Assembly: GCA_032718475.1 (NCBI GenBank)
Contig: JAUCBJ010006053.1
Span: forward strand, 1-64,000
Origin: Nemertoderma westbladi
Taxonomy: Eukaryota > Animalia > Xenacoelomorpha
Length of the DNA stretch: 64,000 nucleotides
Reading direction: 5' to 3'
The translations under genes and the position numbers were made by a program. This document shows positions 27,801 to 38,895 of the stretch, in pieces. The notes under the pieces were generated by a model. The model made no database searches. It saw only the letters and a list, made by a program, of their open reading frames with translations, and was not told the DNA's origin. Position 1 is the first letter of the stretch; each line of letters opens with the position of its first letter.

Positions 27801-28481
27801 TATCTACTTTACTTATATCTACTTGTATTATACAACTTGTCTAGGTTAGACTTTACCTTAGATCTAATCAAAAAACCAATTTATAATATTGTTTATAATG
27901 ACCTTGATTGATGGATTAATATTAAAATATATTAATTATTTTTTTTAAACAAATAATTCATTGAAAATTGACTTTCCACATCTGTATTACATAAGCAGTA
28001 GTTAGAAGTTGACCCTGCCAATTATTTTCCTTCAATATTTATGAACTCATGCAACATAACTAGCACACCACGCCTTGTATTTCGTCCATTAATTTAGTTA
28101 AATGTAATTATTTTATTAATAATTATAATTTAACTAATAAATAATAATCAAAAACGGACTCAACCATTTCCTTTATTCCATATTTTGAACAATTTTGATA
28201 CTTTGCGAAGATGAGCTATTAAGTATTTTGAAAGTCATTCTGTTTAAATATTAGTAATATTATTAATATTATTTAATAATTTAATTACTAAATGATTACA
28301 AATGGACTCCACCAATTAATTTTGTTTCATATTTTTCAGACCCCAGGCAACATTGCCAACATAACAGGATAAGAATTTAGTCTGTTCATTTAATTTAAAT
28401 AAATTTAATATTAGTAATATTAGTTAATAATTTAATTACTAAATAATTTTAAAAGGGCTCCGGGAAATATTTTCGTTTTTC
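24893..28481 (-). mobile_element. Chapaev/Transib(RAG1)-related DNA transposon with long inverted repeats
   Basis: Inverted arms 24893-25379 and 27996-28481 around a single ORF; true termini and TSD not resolved. Confidence 0.8.
25448..27598 (-). CDS. 716-aa DDE transposase, Chapaev/Transib/RAG1-related
   Basis: N-terminal H..CLLC..PTSICATC zinc finger; KIGVDG, ATDLK..CSWC, PELHLMMG, FNGNSSRKLL (cf. RAG1 MNGNFARKLM), ITPKVH..FH and GLGYFSEQASESVH motifs; uninterrupted. Confidence 0.85.
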   Translation of the reverse strand: MPKTKRSHDESRRAICLLCFGKTKQMRSITSSQLENIKQFIFKDGYDINDIRLPTSICATCRTVLHNYSKGIFTRQIKLFNHSLLAQGPLTRSQTVDNDNCECLVCNFARRSALNTIPTADILPTTTVSHPKKGRPSTSADVSSGGFIPQPIMICSYCLSQLGPGLKHVCTRGTRVENLDGLAGTPTSKERFATNIIKAKLADGDDQATSSKVTNLSKPSGGWPLPVKICTKRNSKGEDEQSSSAKRVLFSADDMSHIQVDLNLSSNQTIRLATHIRTSAGSRDIIEHHLETKLQSINHQADEFFQCEDMKFIKKEHKPDTVTNILRKSVFCKDIKAFVNYVSMERHQIGDLQWKIGVDGGGGFLKLCLNLIQPISPISVEMIEEESTGKRHKYEEGVAAKKRIESGVKRTLLLFIAPNIQENYYNMLQIWLKLSLNQIVCNIYPPPILATDLKLCNIILGIMAHGASFPCSWCEAHKSDLGSVGNMRTLANIEENFWEWNSETGRDERKVKEFNNCVHIPIPIGNKSDLVLDIIPPPELHLMMGTVNHLYNSLLSVWPDVTQWPQACNIEREALHGGTFNGNSSRKLLKSLDKLKELCPASHNKYLETFVSFNEVVSACFGMRLKPNYIETVAEFRKLYMDLKISITPKVHAVFFHVEQFCSSRKLGLGYFSEQASESVHADFEATWAKFKVGDNHPKYGEQLLRATAEYNSQHV

Positions 28482-29349
28482 CTTTTTTTTGACTCAGGGC
28501 ACCAAACCTAACATAAATATGCAAACAGAATTGGCGTTCATTTTTCTTCACCAAGATGTCCACTCAAGGGTGGTGTGTCAGACAAACGAATCTATTGACC
28601 TTTGAAAAGATGGGGCATTTGGAAGAACCATGCAGTACCAATCCTGGCAAGAAAAGATACTGCATATCGAGTAGTAAAAGATTAGAAGTGGAGACTTGTA
28701 TTGGTGCTACGGTTTACAATGGTAAAAGCCAATGGTTAAACCCATTCCTGGTAAGCGTGTTATGGTGCATGTTCCAAGAACGATAATTTACGATAAGCTA
28801 TTGATTGGCTGAAGGAGTTCAAAAACTTTGCTCCTTTTGTAGTGATGTTCTAAGCCGGAGGTAACCAATTTTGTATTACTATATGCTGATGGGAAGCTTG
28901 CCGACAATAATATAGTGATATAGACTTTCGCCTTGAATATTATAAAGAATTATATGGGCGTGACTACAAACGTATTGTATTTTATGTTTGTGAAAGGGCA
29001 AGTTATTATAAGTATAAAGATTCTTCTGAAACTGTATCTGATTCATCCTTATGTGACGCTGTGTCACCATTGTCTATAGGTTGCAAATGCGCATCACTAA
29101 TCAAGACGCCTCTGTCAGTGGATCACATGGTGAACCTGAACCACTTACCGAATCTACAATCAATGATTTGGTGCAAAGGAGTAGGATGTGTAATAATGAA
29201 GTTTATGTTGTGGACAGTGATAAGATTGAAGTATTCATAGAGAATAGAGTTGATATGATTGAAATACTGGATTCCATCGAAATAAGGACACAATGTATAG
29301 TAATTTCTGATGACCTATGTCTGTCCTTTAATCGGCCAAAAACGCGAAG

Positions 29350-29800
29350 AAGAGGCTCTATGTGGATGCTGTCTCAGCTCAGTGTGGTGACTTCTCGCCA
29401 TTCGTCTCCTGCAAAACAGTTCTGGCTCCGCAGGCGAACCACCTTATCCATGTCCTAGCAGACAGACTGCACCAGTCATGGGGCAAGCCCTTCAGTACCA
29501 CGATGGGCTGGGTCCATACCAGGGTCAAATTCGAAATAATCTGTGGGGCCTCCCTTTGCCTTCGTGGTTCGAGGGTAAAGTGGCGAATTGGACTGACTTT
29601 TGAGGATGGTGCTGGGTTGCCGAAGTTTTAGCTTCAGTCTATCTGAGGATTCTGAGTTAATAACTATTCTAATTAGTGGTGTAATTGAAAAATTATATTA
29701 GCTGTTGTTTATTACTAATGGTTTTGTACATAGTAGGGCAGATTAATTAATCAATTATGTATAATGTTGTGCTATTAATGAATTTTGAATAAAAAAAGTT
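29350..29800 (+). pseudogene. 3' fragment of an RLE-type (CRE-like) non-LTR retrotransposon
   Basis: FSPFV..LAPQA..LADRL..W..FS..MGWV..RVKF..ASLCLRGSR C-terminal pattern, followed by aataaaaaaa at ~29788. Confidence 0.6.
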
Positions 29801-29949
29801 TTGGGAGAAAAAAATCTGTTGATGGCCATACACTTACAAAGATGTTTCCATTGGTTAGAATTACGACGATCTTGAAATTAATTACAATACAGTTAGGATT
29901 CATAGGATGCATCTTTTACAAGATTTATTCACTCAAATAGATAATATAT

Positions 29950-30640
29950 GCCCAAACGAGCGATTTAAAGTGGGGGTTCGACATAGAACCGGGAATTGGC
30001 AAAGGGGGCCCACATAGGAACTTCATTCAGTAACGCTGTGGCTAGTTCATCCATGTTTAAAACTGTTGATGGCTTTATCTTTCCATGCAGTGTTGATATG
30101 AAGAAATTTCCACCCTGAAATGATGAGGGAAGTTTGGATCTGGGGTATTTCCAACCATGTACTTCAGCTTTACCAGAATGCGAAAAACTTTCAATATTCG
30201 ATAACTTTATGAAAGCCTATATTATATTATTGAACAATGCCATTATTGATGCTGTAAAAAATGAATTTCTAAAATACATTCAGCATGCTCCAAAGGAACT
30301 AGTTATTAAATTTATTTGTTGTAGCCTGAAACTGCCTCTAAAACAATGGATCGATGATTGCTATTTTATTAATATGAGTGAACTGGGTCTAACCGCCATA
30401 AGGAGTCGGATATAATCCATTGGCTAAGTTTGGTGTTAGAAGAAGTGGTTGGAAAGGGTCTAATTTCTATTGAAGATAATGGGCAAATGTTAACCTTAGA
30501 CATTGATGAATAAAACAAAGGTTTTTTCGAGACTACCAAACCTGTTGCCATTTCAAAGTTGCGAATAAAATTTAAAGTCAACTGTGAGAATGAGTGTCAA
30601 TGTCTCCTCCTATATTCAACTTGCACCACAACTAATCCTT
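29950..30640 (+). pseudogene. Possible HECT-domain remnant
   Basis: FKVGFDIEPGIG(K)GPT*EL resembles the HECT FxxExGxGxGPTxEF motif; ..LRIKF..YSTC near the end; many stops. Confidence 0.3.
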
Positions 30641-31800
30641 TGCATATCGGTGATAATTCAGCAATGAAACTGATTTTGATAAATCGTGCATTGGTTCTGG
30701 TATGACATTTGGTTTATTATAGAGTGAAAACTATCAATAGACAGATACATATATATAATGTCCATTGACATGAACGTGATGCAATGTAAGGGACCCTCTG
30801 GTAGATAATGCTTAACGGGGGCAGATTCTGAGATGTAGTAGGACATAATCTGGAGGTGAGGTTGTATAATTATAATGTCCATTGACATGAACGTGATGCT
30901 AATGTAAGGGACCCTCTGGTAGATAATGCTTAACAGGGGCTGATTCTGAGATGTAGTAGGACATAATCTGGAGGTGAGGTTGTATAATGGAGTTAGTTAA
31001 CGATCGAGCTAACGATCCATATGTCAATAGGATGAGGCACTTGGAATTATGATGTCATTGTCCCAATCTATCCATTCTGATCTTTGTGATCCTTAAAAAG
31101 TGAGTATAAGTAACCAACTGACAGATGTTTCGGGATCAGATACAACATAGAGATACTACCTCAAGGCCCAATGGATAATATGATGATTTTCAACTCCATG
31201 ATGAATTTGTTCATGGGGTTGAAAGGGAATACTCGGTAGGATTCCTCATTGCTGAGCTATCGGTTAACTTCTCTCTCTTGCATTGCAGGTGACAACACAA
31301 TAATGTTTCCAGTTTTATCTCTACAGACTATGGCCAGAGTTTCATTGCCTTTAAGGGTCTTCCTTGCATTCTCATGTTCTAATGAAAGATTCATATTTTT
31401 CTTTCCATTTATCCTCCATATTGGTATCTTATTGATGGTTCTATATAAGTCGCAAATAAGGTCTCAGACACTTCTTATTACGTTGCATTGTCAGGATATA
31501 GAAAAAGCTTCAAGGCTATATATAAAAGTGCTCCCTGAATCAATCCTAGATGTTCATGTAGGCGTGGTTCTTGCTACATGGTTTGCGGTGAAGTAAATGG
31601 CATGTTCAGGGTCCAGACTCTCCCCCCTGATCCTATCGCTTGGTTGGAACTCAACCATATCCCCTAGATGATCTCGAGATCGAATGATGTTCCACATACT
31701 CCCTGTATGTGCATCCAAAACGTCTGTCACCTTTTATTTATGTGTTGGTCTAAATGAAAAACCTAAACTTAGTAGGCAAGTTTAGAATTAATCTGTTTCT
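30600..31800 (-). pseudogene. Penelope-like RT pseudogene
   Basis: Manual translation: LLSLGFSFRPT; NLSLEHENARKTLK..IVCRDKTGNIIVL..LSNEESY..FNP; YLYSLFKDHK; FMSMDI. These follow the Penelope N-terminal RT motif order. Confidence 0.7.
30755..30989. repeat. ~118-bp tandem duplication
   Basis: ataatgtccattgacatgaacgtgatgc...gaggttgtataat occurs twice. Confidence 0.9.
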
Positions 31801-34446
31801 AGTATGGTATTGCCTAAGGAATCAGTCATAATAGCATTCTCAATGAATCCTGAATTATAAATCAGAGTTTTGACCAAGGTGCTCTTAAATGGTTATTCAA
31901 ATCAAGGGAGTATTCAAGAAATTTGCAATATTCCTGTTTAACTGTATGAAATGATTTTATAATTATATAATTTTGACCTATTATTTTTTATTTCTATGTA
32001 GATGTTATATTCTCTTCTAAACCAGATCAAAATCATATTTGGAACGAAATGAAATCCACTTATTATAATATTATTGTACTGAAATTGAATTAACTAAATG
32101 CCCTTATATTAATTATTATTATTATTATTAGTTGGTGTCGTACATGAAACAATTAGAAAATTGCACAGTACAATATACATAATTAAAGCACAAGGAGAGA
32201 AAAAAAAAGAAGAACTAATATACATAAATGGTGAATATAACAATAATATTGCAGTAATAAGTGTGTCAATGTAATTGTACTGAAATTGAACTAACTGAAT
32301 CCACAATCAAAATAGTGTATTATTCTATAAAATGTAATTGTTTGTAGAATGACGTCAAAGTGAAAAAAAAACATGTCATTAAACTCACTTTACCTCCCTT
32401 GTCAAACCTGCCACTTAATGATGGTCTTCCATCCGACTTTTCATGACAATGGTCTTCCATCCGACTTTTCATATCTTTTATGCTACTTCTCACGTTGCAT
32501 TATTTCCCTACTGAGAGGAGTGTAGATCGTAAGCCTATACATTTGATACTAGCATTCATTCAGAGGAAGATAACAATTCAAGTAGTATGGATGGATAAGG
32601 TAGACAGTACAATCAGAGTTGGAGAAACTGCTTCTCTTTGCTTCATTTATATTGTTTCCTCTTTTGCTGTTCTCGGATGCGATTGCATAGTGACATGAGT
32701 TCGCAAGCTGATCTGGTTCATTGCATGAGCATATTTCATAATACCTTTCCATATGCCGCCCTCCAACATAACTCGACGCATTGCAGATATGCATTTTGTC
32801 TATCAGTAACCATACAACTCTTGAACGCAGTTCCATATTTGAAAAATATCTGCGATAGAATCGCTTATAGTCCTTACTGTTAAACGTGATGGTAATCATA
32901 TGCAATAATCTAACTGAGGGTTATGGTGGATTTTTCCGAAGTTTCATGTAGCAAGACCCAGTCTTGTTACTTGAATACCACCAATCAAAAGTTAGAGCGA
33001 GATCTCATGTAGAGTATATTTTTACATTTTTCGGCAAGTTAATTATCAATATAGAGTGCAGAATAAAATGAATATTTAACACAATACAATTGATTGTATC
33101 ATGTTGTTCAAAAAGGTTGATAAGTTCCATTAATTGTGACCAGAATTTAGTTTTTGTAGGAAAGTTCAGATGCTTCACACACAACAACTTGTAAGCTTCA
33201 TAGATTATGCTACTGTTATGAGTCCAGAGCTGTTGCTATCAAAATTATCAGCACAGTTAATATGATTGAGATAAATACCCCAATCTTGTATTGGGCCTTC
33301 CTGTGCGTGACCTGATTATCCTTAACCCAGATGTCGCGTCTTTGTCCTTGATAAATGACTCAGCAACAGCAACAAGTATGCCCGGAAGTCGCTTGTTGAG
33401 TTCTTTAAGGTCATTACTTTTTCACTATTTCCCTCTATGAAATACAGCTGAGATCTGTGGTCTGCAAAACAATAGTGATTACATCGAACAGGGCATTGAG
33501 ATCAGAGGGAAAGCTGTGGCCTCCTTGCTTAGGTCTAAATGCGACAAATATTAGTTCGTTAAAGATCTGGGGTCGGGGTCGTATGCACCAAGCGCTCTAA
33601 TTAGACTGAACAACCTAGTTCAAACTAATTAGATTGAAACACAATCTAAACCGTATTTACCAAGATTAGAACGATCTAATAAGTTGGTAAATTAGTACTA
33701 ACTAATTTAACTACTAGTAGTAGATAAACTAGTTTGAATTCTAACTAAAATCATTCAGTCAGGCCTTTTCTCATAAGTACTGCTGGGGTGTAGCAGTACC
33801 TGTACCTGTGCTGCTCATTCAATTAATTACAATATTAGTAGGCCTAAGCCTACATTTCAGTGTGGGGTGAGCCACGTTAAAGGAGCGCGGCGCGCCGTAT
33901 TGGGGTAATTTGTGAACCATAGGCCTATGTTATGTTTATAATTTCACTGTAGGAAACTTTTAACTAAGAACTCAATTTTAGTTAACTTATGAAACTGATG
34001 AAAAGTTAATCAAGACACTACTATATATACTGTAAATTCCACATGACATAGTTATACTGTACATGCATACTCTCTGGCCCGATTGCAAGAAAAGTAACTA
34101 GGTGCAAAACTAGAAAGCTTAGACTAGATAGCCTAGTGTTAACTAGGTAGTATTATTTTTCAGTTGCAATAAAACATTTCAAGTACACACTTCTTAGTTG
34201 AAACTACCCTTTCTAGTACATACTTGAAAAGTGGTTGCAAGTAAAGTAACTAACCTAGTAAGCACTTGGTGTAAGTAGTTTGCACTACCTAGTACATACT
34301 CGAATTTTTCTATATAGGTCAGGCGCTATCTAGATAGCCTAGTAAGGTCTTCTAATTGGCTAATTTTATTTCGCGCTCGCAGTATAAACTACTGTAAAAG
34401 AAAAAAAAATTTTTTTTTTTGCCGTTAACGTTATCATTAGCAGAAC

Positions 34447-35490
34447 ATGAATTATTATTTCAATTTTATGGTTATAGAGAGTAGAAGAACATTGCGGAGA
34501 GAGTGTGTTTTTAGAGATAGACTTAATCCATTGGAAAAATATGACGATATTGAATTAAAGTGCCTATTTAGGTTTGAACGTGCAAATATAATTCGACTAA
34601 CTAATGATCTATCGCCATTTATTGAACGCTCAACAGGTCGAGGGTATGCTTTAATGGCTTTACAACAAGTCTGCTTAAGCCTGCGATTTTATGCAACGGG
34701 GTCGATGCAATGGACTGTTGCCAGCTGGATAAATGTAGACAAATCAACAGTGTCGCGTACTGTGTGGCGAGTAACTGGTGCAATTTTGAATGTTTACAGT
34801 GGTTCATTTCAAGTTGGACCAACTGTTCGAGAAGGATTTTTTGACAAATTTGGTCTTCCAAATATAACTGGGGCTATTAATTGCACTCACATAAGGATTA
34901 TTGCACCACCCGCTGTATACCAACCTTGTGAGTATATAAACAGAAAGAACTTTCATTCTCTCAATGTACAGGCTGTTTGCGACAGTAACTGCTATTTCTT
35001 GGACGTTGTAACATCATGGCCTGGATCAGTTCATGATAGTCGAATATTTAAAAATAGTGGAATATACAGGAAACTAATGTATGGTGAACTATCTGGTACA
35101 TTATTAGGTGACAATGGCTATGCTCTTTCAGAAATTTGCATTGTTCCATTTCTGAAACCGGGAAATCCCAGAGAGGAGTTTTGTAATCGTGTTCATAAGA
35201 AAGCTAGATGTACGATTGAAAGATCATTTGGTCAGTTAAAGCGGCGGTTTTACTGTCTCGGTAGTGTGTTAGGAATATCGCTTGAACGAGTTCCTAAAGT
35301 AATTACGGCTTGCTTTATACTTCACAATCAAGCCAAGATGTTTTGTGACCCAGACACGTTTGATGATCATGAAGAAGATGACAATGTACCTATACCAGTT
35401 CCAATGCACTCTAGCACATATATAAGAAAAATGGGTGAGAAAAAGAGAAAAGAGGTGGTTGATTTTTCACAACAATCTAATCCATCTTAA
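34447..35490 (+). CDS. Harbinger transposase, copy A (first catalytic Asp changed to Asn)
   Basis: LRFYATG, GAINCTH, NRKNFHSLNVQAVCD, WPGSVHDSRI, GDNGY, IERSFGQLK and CFILHN motifs. Confidence 0.9.
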   Translation: MNYYFNFMVIESRRTLRRECVFRDRLNPLEKYDDIELKCLFRFERANIIRLTNDLSPFIERSTGRGYALMALQQVCLSLRFYATGSMQWTVASWINVDKSTVSRTVWRVTGAILNVYSGSFQVGPTVREGFFDKFGLPNITGAINCTHIRIIAPPAVYQPCEYINRKNFHSLNVQAVCDSNCYFLDVVTSWPGSVHDSRIFKNSGIYRKLMYGELSGTLLGDNGYALSEICIVPFLKPGNPREEFCNRVHKKARCTIERSFGQLKRRFYCLGSVLGISLERVPKVITACFILHNQAKMFCDPDTFDDHEEDDNVPIPVPMHSSTYIRKMGEKKRKEVVDFSQQSNPS

Positions 35491-35508
35491 TCCATAATAA
35501 TCATATCA

Positions 35509-36564
35509 TCATCTCAATATATCTGATGGATTAGATTGTTGTGAAAAATCAACCACCTCTTTTCTCTTTTTCTCACCCATTTTTCTTATATATGTGCTAG
35601 AGTGCATTGGAACTGGTATAGGTACGTTGTTATCTTCTTCATGATCATCAAACGTGTCTGGGTCACAAAACATCTTGGCTTGATTGTGAAGTATAAAGCA
35701 AGCCGTAATTACTTTAGGAACTCGTTCAAGCGATATTCTTAACACGCTACCGAGACAGTAAAACTGCCGCTTTAACTGACCAAATGATCTTTCAATCGTA
35801 CATCTTGCTTTCTTATGAACACGATTATAAAACTCCTCTCTGGGATTTCCCAGTTTCAGAAACGGAACAATGCAAATTTCTGAAAGAACACAGCCATTGT
35901 CACCTAATAATGTACCAGATAGTTCACCACACATTAGTTTCCTGTATATCCCACTATTTTTAAATATTCGACTATCATGAACTGATCCAGGCCACGATGT
36001 TACAACCTCCAAGAAATAGAAGTTACTGTCGCAAACAGCCTGTACATTGAGAGAATGAAAGTTCTTTCTGTTTATATACTCACAAGGTTGGTATACAGCG
36101 GGTGGTGCAATAATTCTTATGTGAGTGCAATCAATAGCCCCAGTTATATTTGGAAGACCAAATTTGTCAAAAAATCCTTCTCGAACAGTTGGTCCAACTT
36201 GAAATGAACCACTGTAAACATTCAAAATTGCACCAGTTACTCGCCACACAGTACGCGACACTGTTGATTTGTCTACATTTATCCAGCTGGCAACAGTCCA
36301 TTGCATCGACCCCGTTGCATAAAATCGCAGGCTTAAGCAGACTTGTTGTAAAGCCGTTAAAGCATACCCTCGACCTGTTGAGCATTCAATAAATGGTGAT
36401 AGATCATTAGTTAGTCGAATTATATTTGCACGTTCAAACCTAAATAGGCACTTTAATTCAATATCGTCATATTTTTCCAATGGATTAAGTCTATCTCTAA
36501 AAACATGCTCTCTCCGCAATGCTCTTCTACTCTCTATAACCCTAAAATTGAAATAATAATTCAT
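35509..36564 (-). CDS. Harbinger transposase, copy B (DDE retained)
   Basis: Same motifs with GAIDCTH; GDNGC in place of GDNGY. Confidence 0.9.
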   Translation of the reverse strand: MNYYFNFRVIESRRALRREHVFRDRLNPLEKYDDIELKCLFRFERANIIRLTNDLSPFIECSTGRGYALTALQQVCLSLRFYATGSMQWTVASWINVDKSTVSRTVWRVTGAILNVYSGSFQVGPTVREGFFDKFGLPNITGAIDCTHIRIIAPPAVYQPCEYINRKNFHSLNVQAVCDSNFYFLEVVTSWPGSVHDSRIFKNSGIYRKLMCGELSGTLLGDNGCVLSEICIVPFLKLGNPREEFYNRVHKKARCTIERSFGQLKRQFYCLGSVLRISLERVPKVITACFILHNQAKMFCDPDTFDDHEEDNNVPIPVPMHSSTYIRKMGEKKRKEVVDFSQQSNPSDILR

Positions 36565-37008
36565 GTTCTGCTAATGATAATGTTAACGGCAAAAAAAATA
36601 TTTTTTTTTTCTTTTACAGTAGTTTATACTGCGAGCGCGAAATAAAATTAGCCAATTAGAAGACCTTACTAGGCTATCTAGATAGCTCCTGACCTATATA
36701 GAAAAATTCGAGTATTGTACTAGGTAGTGCAAACTACTTACACCAAGTGCTTACTAGGTTAGTTACTTTACTTGCAACCACTTTTCAAGTATGTACTAGA
36801 ATAAAGGTTTCCTTTCAACTAAGAAGTGTGTACTTGAAATGTTTTATTGCAACTGAAAAATAATACTACCTAGTTAACACTAGGCTATCTAGTCTAAGCT
36901 TTCTAGTTTTGCACCTAGTTACTTTTCTTGCAATCGGGTCAGAGTGTATGCATGTACAGTATAACTATGTCATGTGGAATTTACAGTATATATAGTAGTG
37001 TCTTGATT

Positions 37009-37113
37009 GGAAGCAGGACAATTCGGTCCCGGACAATTCGGTCCGGACAATTCGGTCCCAAAACATGCATATTAATGGGACCGAATTGTCCGGGACCGAA
37101 TTGTCCTACATCC
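37009..37113. mobile_element. 105-bp MULE-type MITE
   Basis: 9-bp TSD GTCTTGATT (37000-08, 37114-22); tandem ggacaattcggtcc in the TIRs; empty site in the left palindrome arm (~34009-34017). Confidence 0.92.
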
Positions 37114-37556
37114 GTCTTGATTAACTTTTCATCAGTTTAATAAGTTTACTAAAATTGAGTTCTTAGTTAAACGTTTCCTACAGTGAAATTATAAACATAA
37201 CATAGGCCTACGGTTCACAAATTACCCCAATACGGCGCGCTCCTTTAACGTGGCTCACCCCACACTGAAATGTAGGCTTAGGCCTACTAATATTGTAATT
37301 AATTGAATGAGCAGCACAGGTACCGGTACTGCTACACCTCAGCAGTACTTATGAGAAAAGGCCTGACTGAATGATTTTAGTTAGAGTTCAAACTAGTTTA
37401 TCTACTACTAGTAGTTAAATTAGTTAGTACTAATTTACCAACTTATTAGATCGTTCTAATCTTGGTAAATACGGTTTAGATTGTGTTTCTATCTAATTAG
37501 TTTGAACTAGGTTGTTCAGTCTAATTAGAGCGCTTGGTGCATACGACCCCGACCCC

Positions 37557-37950
37557 AGATCTTTAACGAACTGATATTTGTCGCATTTAGACCTAAGCAA
37601 GGAGGCCACAGCTTTCCCTCTGATCTCAATGCTGTTTTGAAGTAGTTCCTGTTCGATGTAATCACAATTGTTTTGCAGACCACAGATCTCAGCTGTATTT
37701 TGGTGCGCTGTCTTGCAGGTAACAGCACCTGAATTAAGGTGCTCTTTAAAAGACCACAGTTGAGCTGTAACGTCAGCAGTAACAAGAATAGGTTAGTCGC
37801 CATGCCCCTGTTCCATAATGGCAACAGTGCCGCCTGTACTGGTGGTAGGAGACAGGATGGGCAAATTAATTTCCAGAATGTGATTATTATTTGGGATACC
37901 AGTACCTTCAGCATCATAGACAATGGTGGCACCTGCTCAGATTCAGACAA
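37557..37950 (-). pseudogene. Possible LINE ORF1 remnant (Harbinger target)
   Basis: Manual frame ..LQNNCDYIEQELLQNSIEIRG resembles the LEQ..R.NNLEIxG motif of LINE ORF1 proteins. Confidence 0.35.
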
Positions 37951-38895
37951 AGTTTTAGATGAAGGCTAGCTACCGCTACCGTTACCCAAAGCTAGGATCA
38001 TTTAATCTCTTTGGACTGAGCAATAATGGTAGGGCTAGGGCAATACCGGTAGGCCTATATGAGCATGTATCAACTGTGCATTTTTGTTATTTGTGTTATG
38101 TAACATTTTATGTAGACGCAACCACCCCCCCCCCCCCCCCGCCCTTTAGATTGTGCAATGTATGGACGTTACCTATTATAATATCTAATAAAGGGTACAT
38201 GACTACTGTAACTTACCCATGAATCATGAATACTTGATATATTTAATTTATTTACTTGATTGCAGAATTCTTATTCTGCAATGGTGATAAAGTCAAAAGT
38301 CAATTTAGTGGTTGAACATTATTGACACTTATATTATTTTTAAAAACAAATACCGGGGTTGAGACTAGTGTAACATCATTCAGGGTTTTAAGTTTGTGAA
38401 AGTCAATTTTTATTCTGATATTTCATGTCAGTTACGAAGGTGAAATTGATTTAGATTTTGGCGCCCTATCTCACAGTTTTTTGGATGATTTTTGAGAATT
38501 CCAATAAAAAATTACTTTAAGGAGACCTCGAGTGGTCTTATTCCTAAAAAGAGATATATCTCCTGACTGTTTGAAACTGAATCGCTATAATGTATAACAT
38601 TGCAAGGAGGAAGAGTACTTCCCCTTTGAGAACATATTTGTAAATATGTTTTCTTAGGCGGCATTGATAATGTATTGCAAGCATTCATCCTGAGTGTGTC
38701 GATGTTAACTGAAAGAGCAGGGTTCCAATCTTCGCAAGATATGATAATAATTTATTGCGAATATTTAACACTACTGATACAGTAAAACAAGTGAAGCAAA
38801 CTTGTTTCATGAAGACTATGAGAACCAACAGAAGTTGGCTGATTTAGAGTGGAATTTTACACAATCAGAATATCTGACTGTCAGTATGATACCTC

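Larger units (their letters stand above)
33569..37556. mobile_element. PIF/Harbinger-derived palindromic unit
   Basis: GGGGTCGGGGTCGTATGCACCAA terminus at both ends in a CTG/CAG context; two transposase genes. Confidence 0.75.
33440..37700. repeat. 4.3-kb inverted duplication (arms 33440-35486 and 35525-37700, 38-bp spacer)
   Basis: Arms are reverse complements with scattered substitutions, small indels and one arm-specific insertion. Confidence 0.95.

Noticed and set aside
28556-28786. Possible host exon ending at a gtaag donor (28751)
   Set aside because: No recognisable domain or partner exons; cannot be supported.
32480-33187. Cluster of short ORFs
   Set aside because: No motif in any frame that I could recognise.
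34447-36564. Host HARBI1 gene pair
   Set aside because: Flanked by transposon termini, intronless, with mostly non-synonymous differences; transposon copies, not a domesticated gene.
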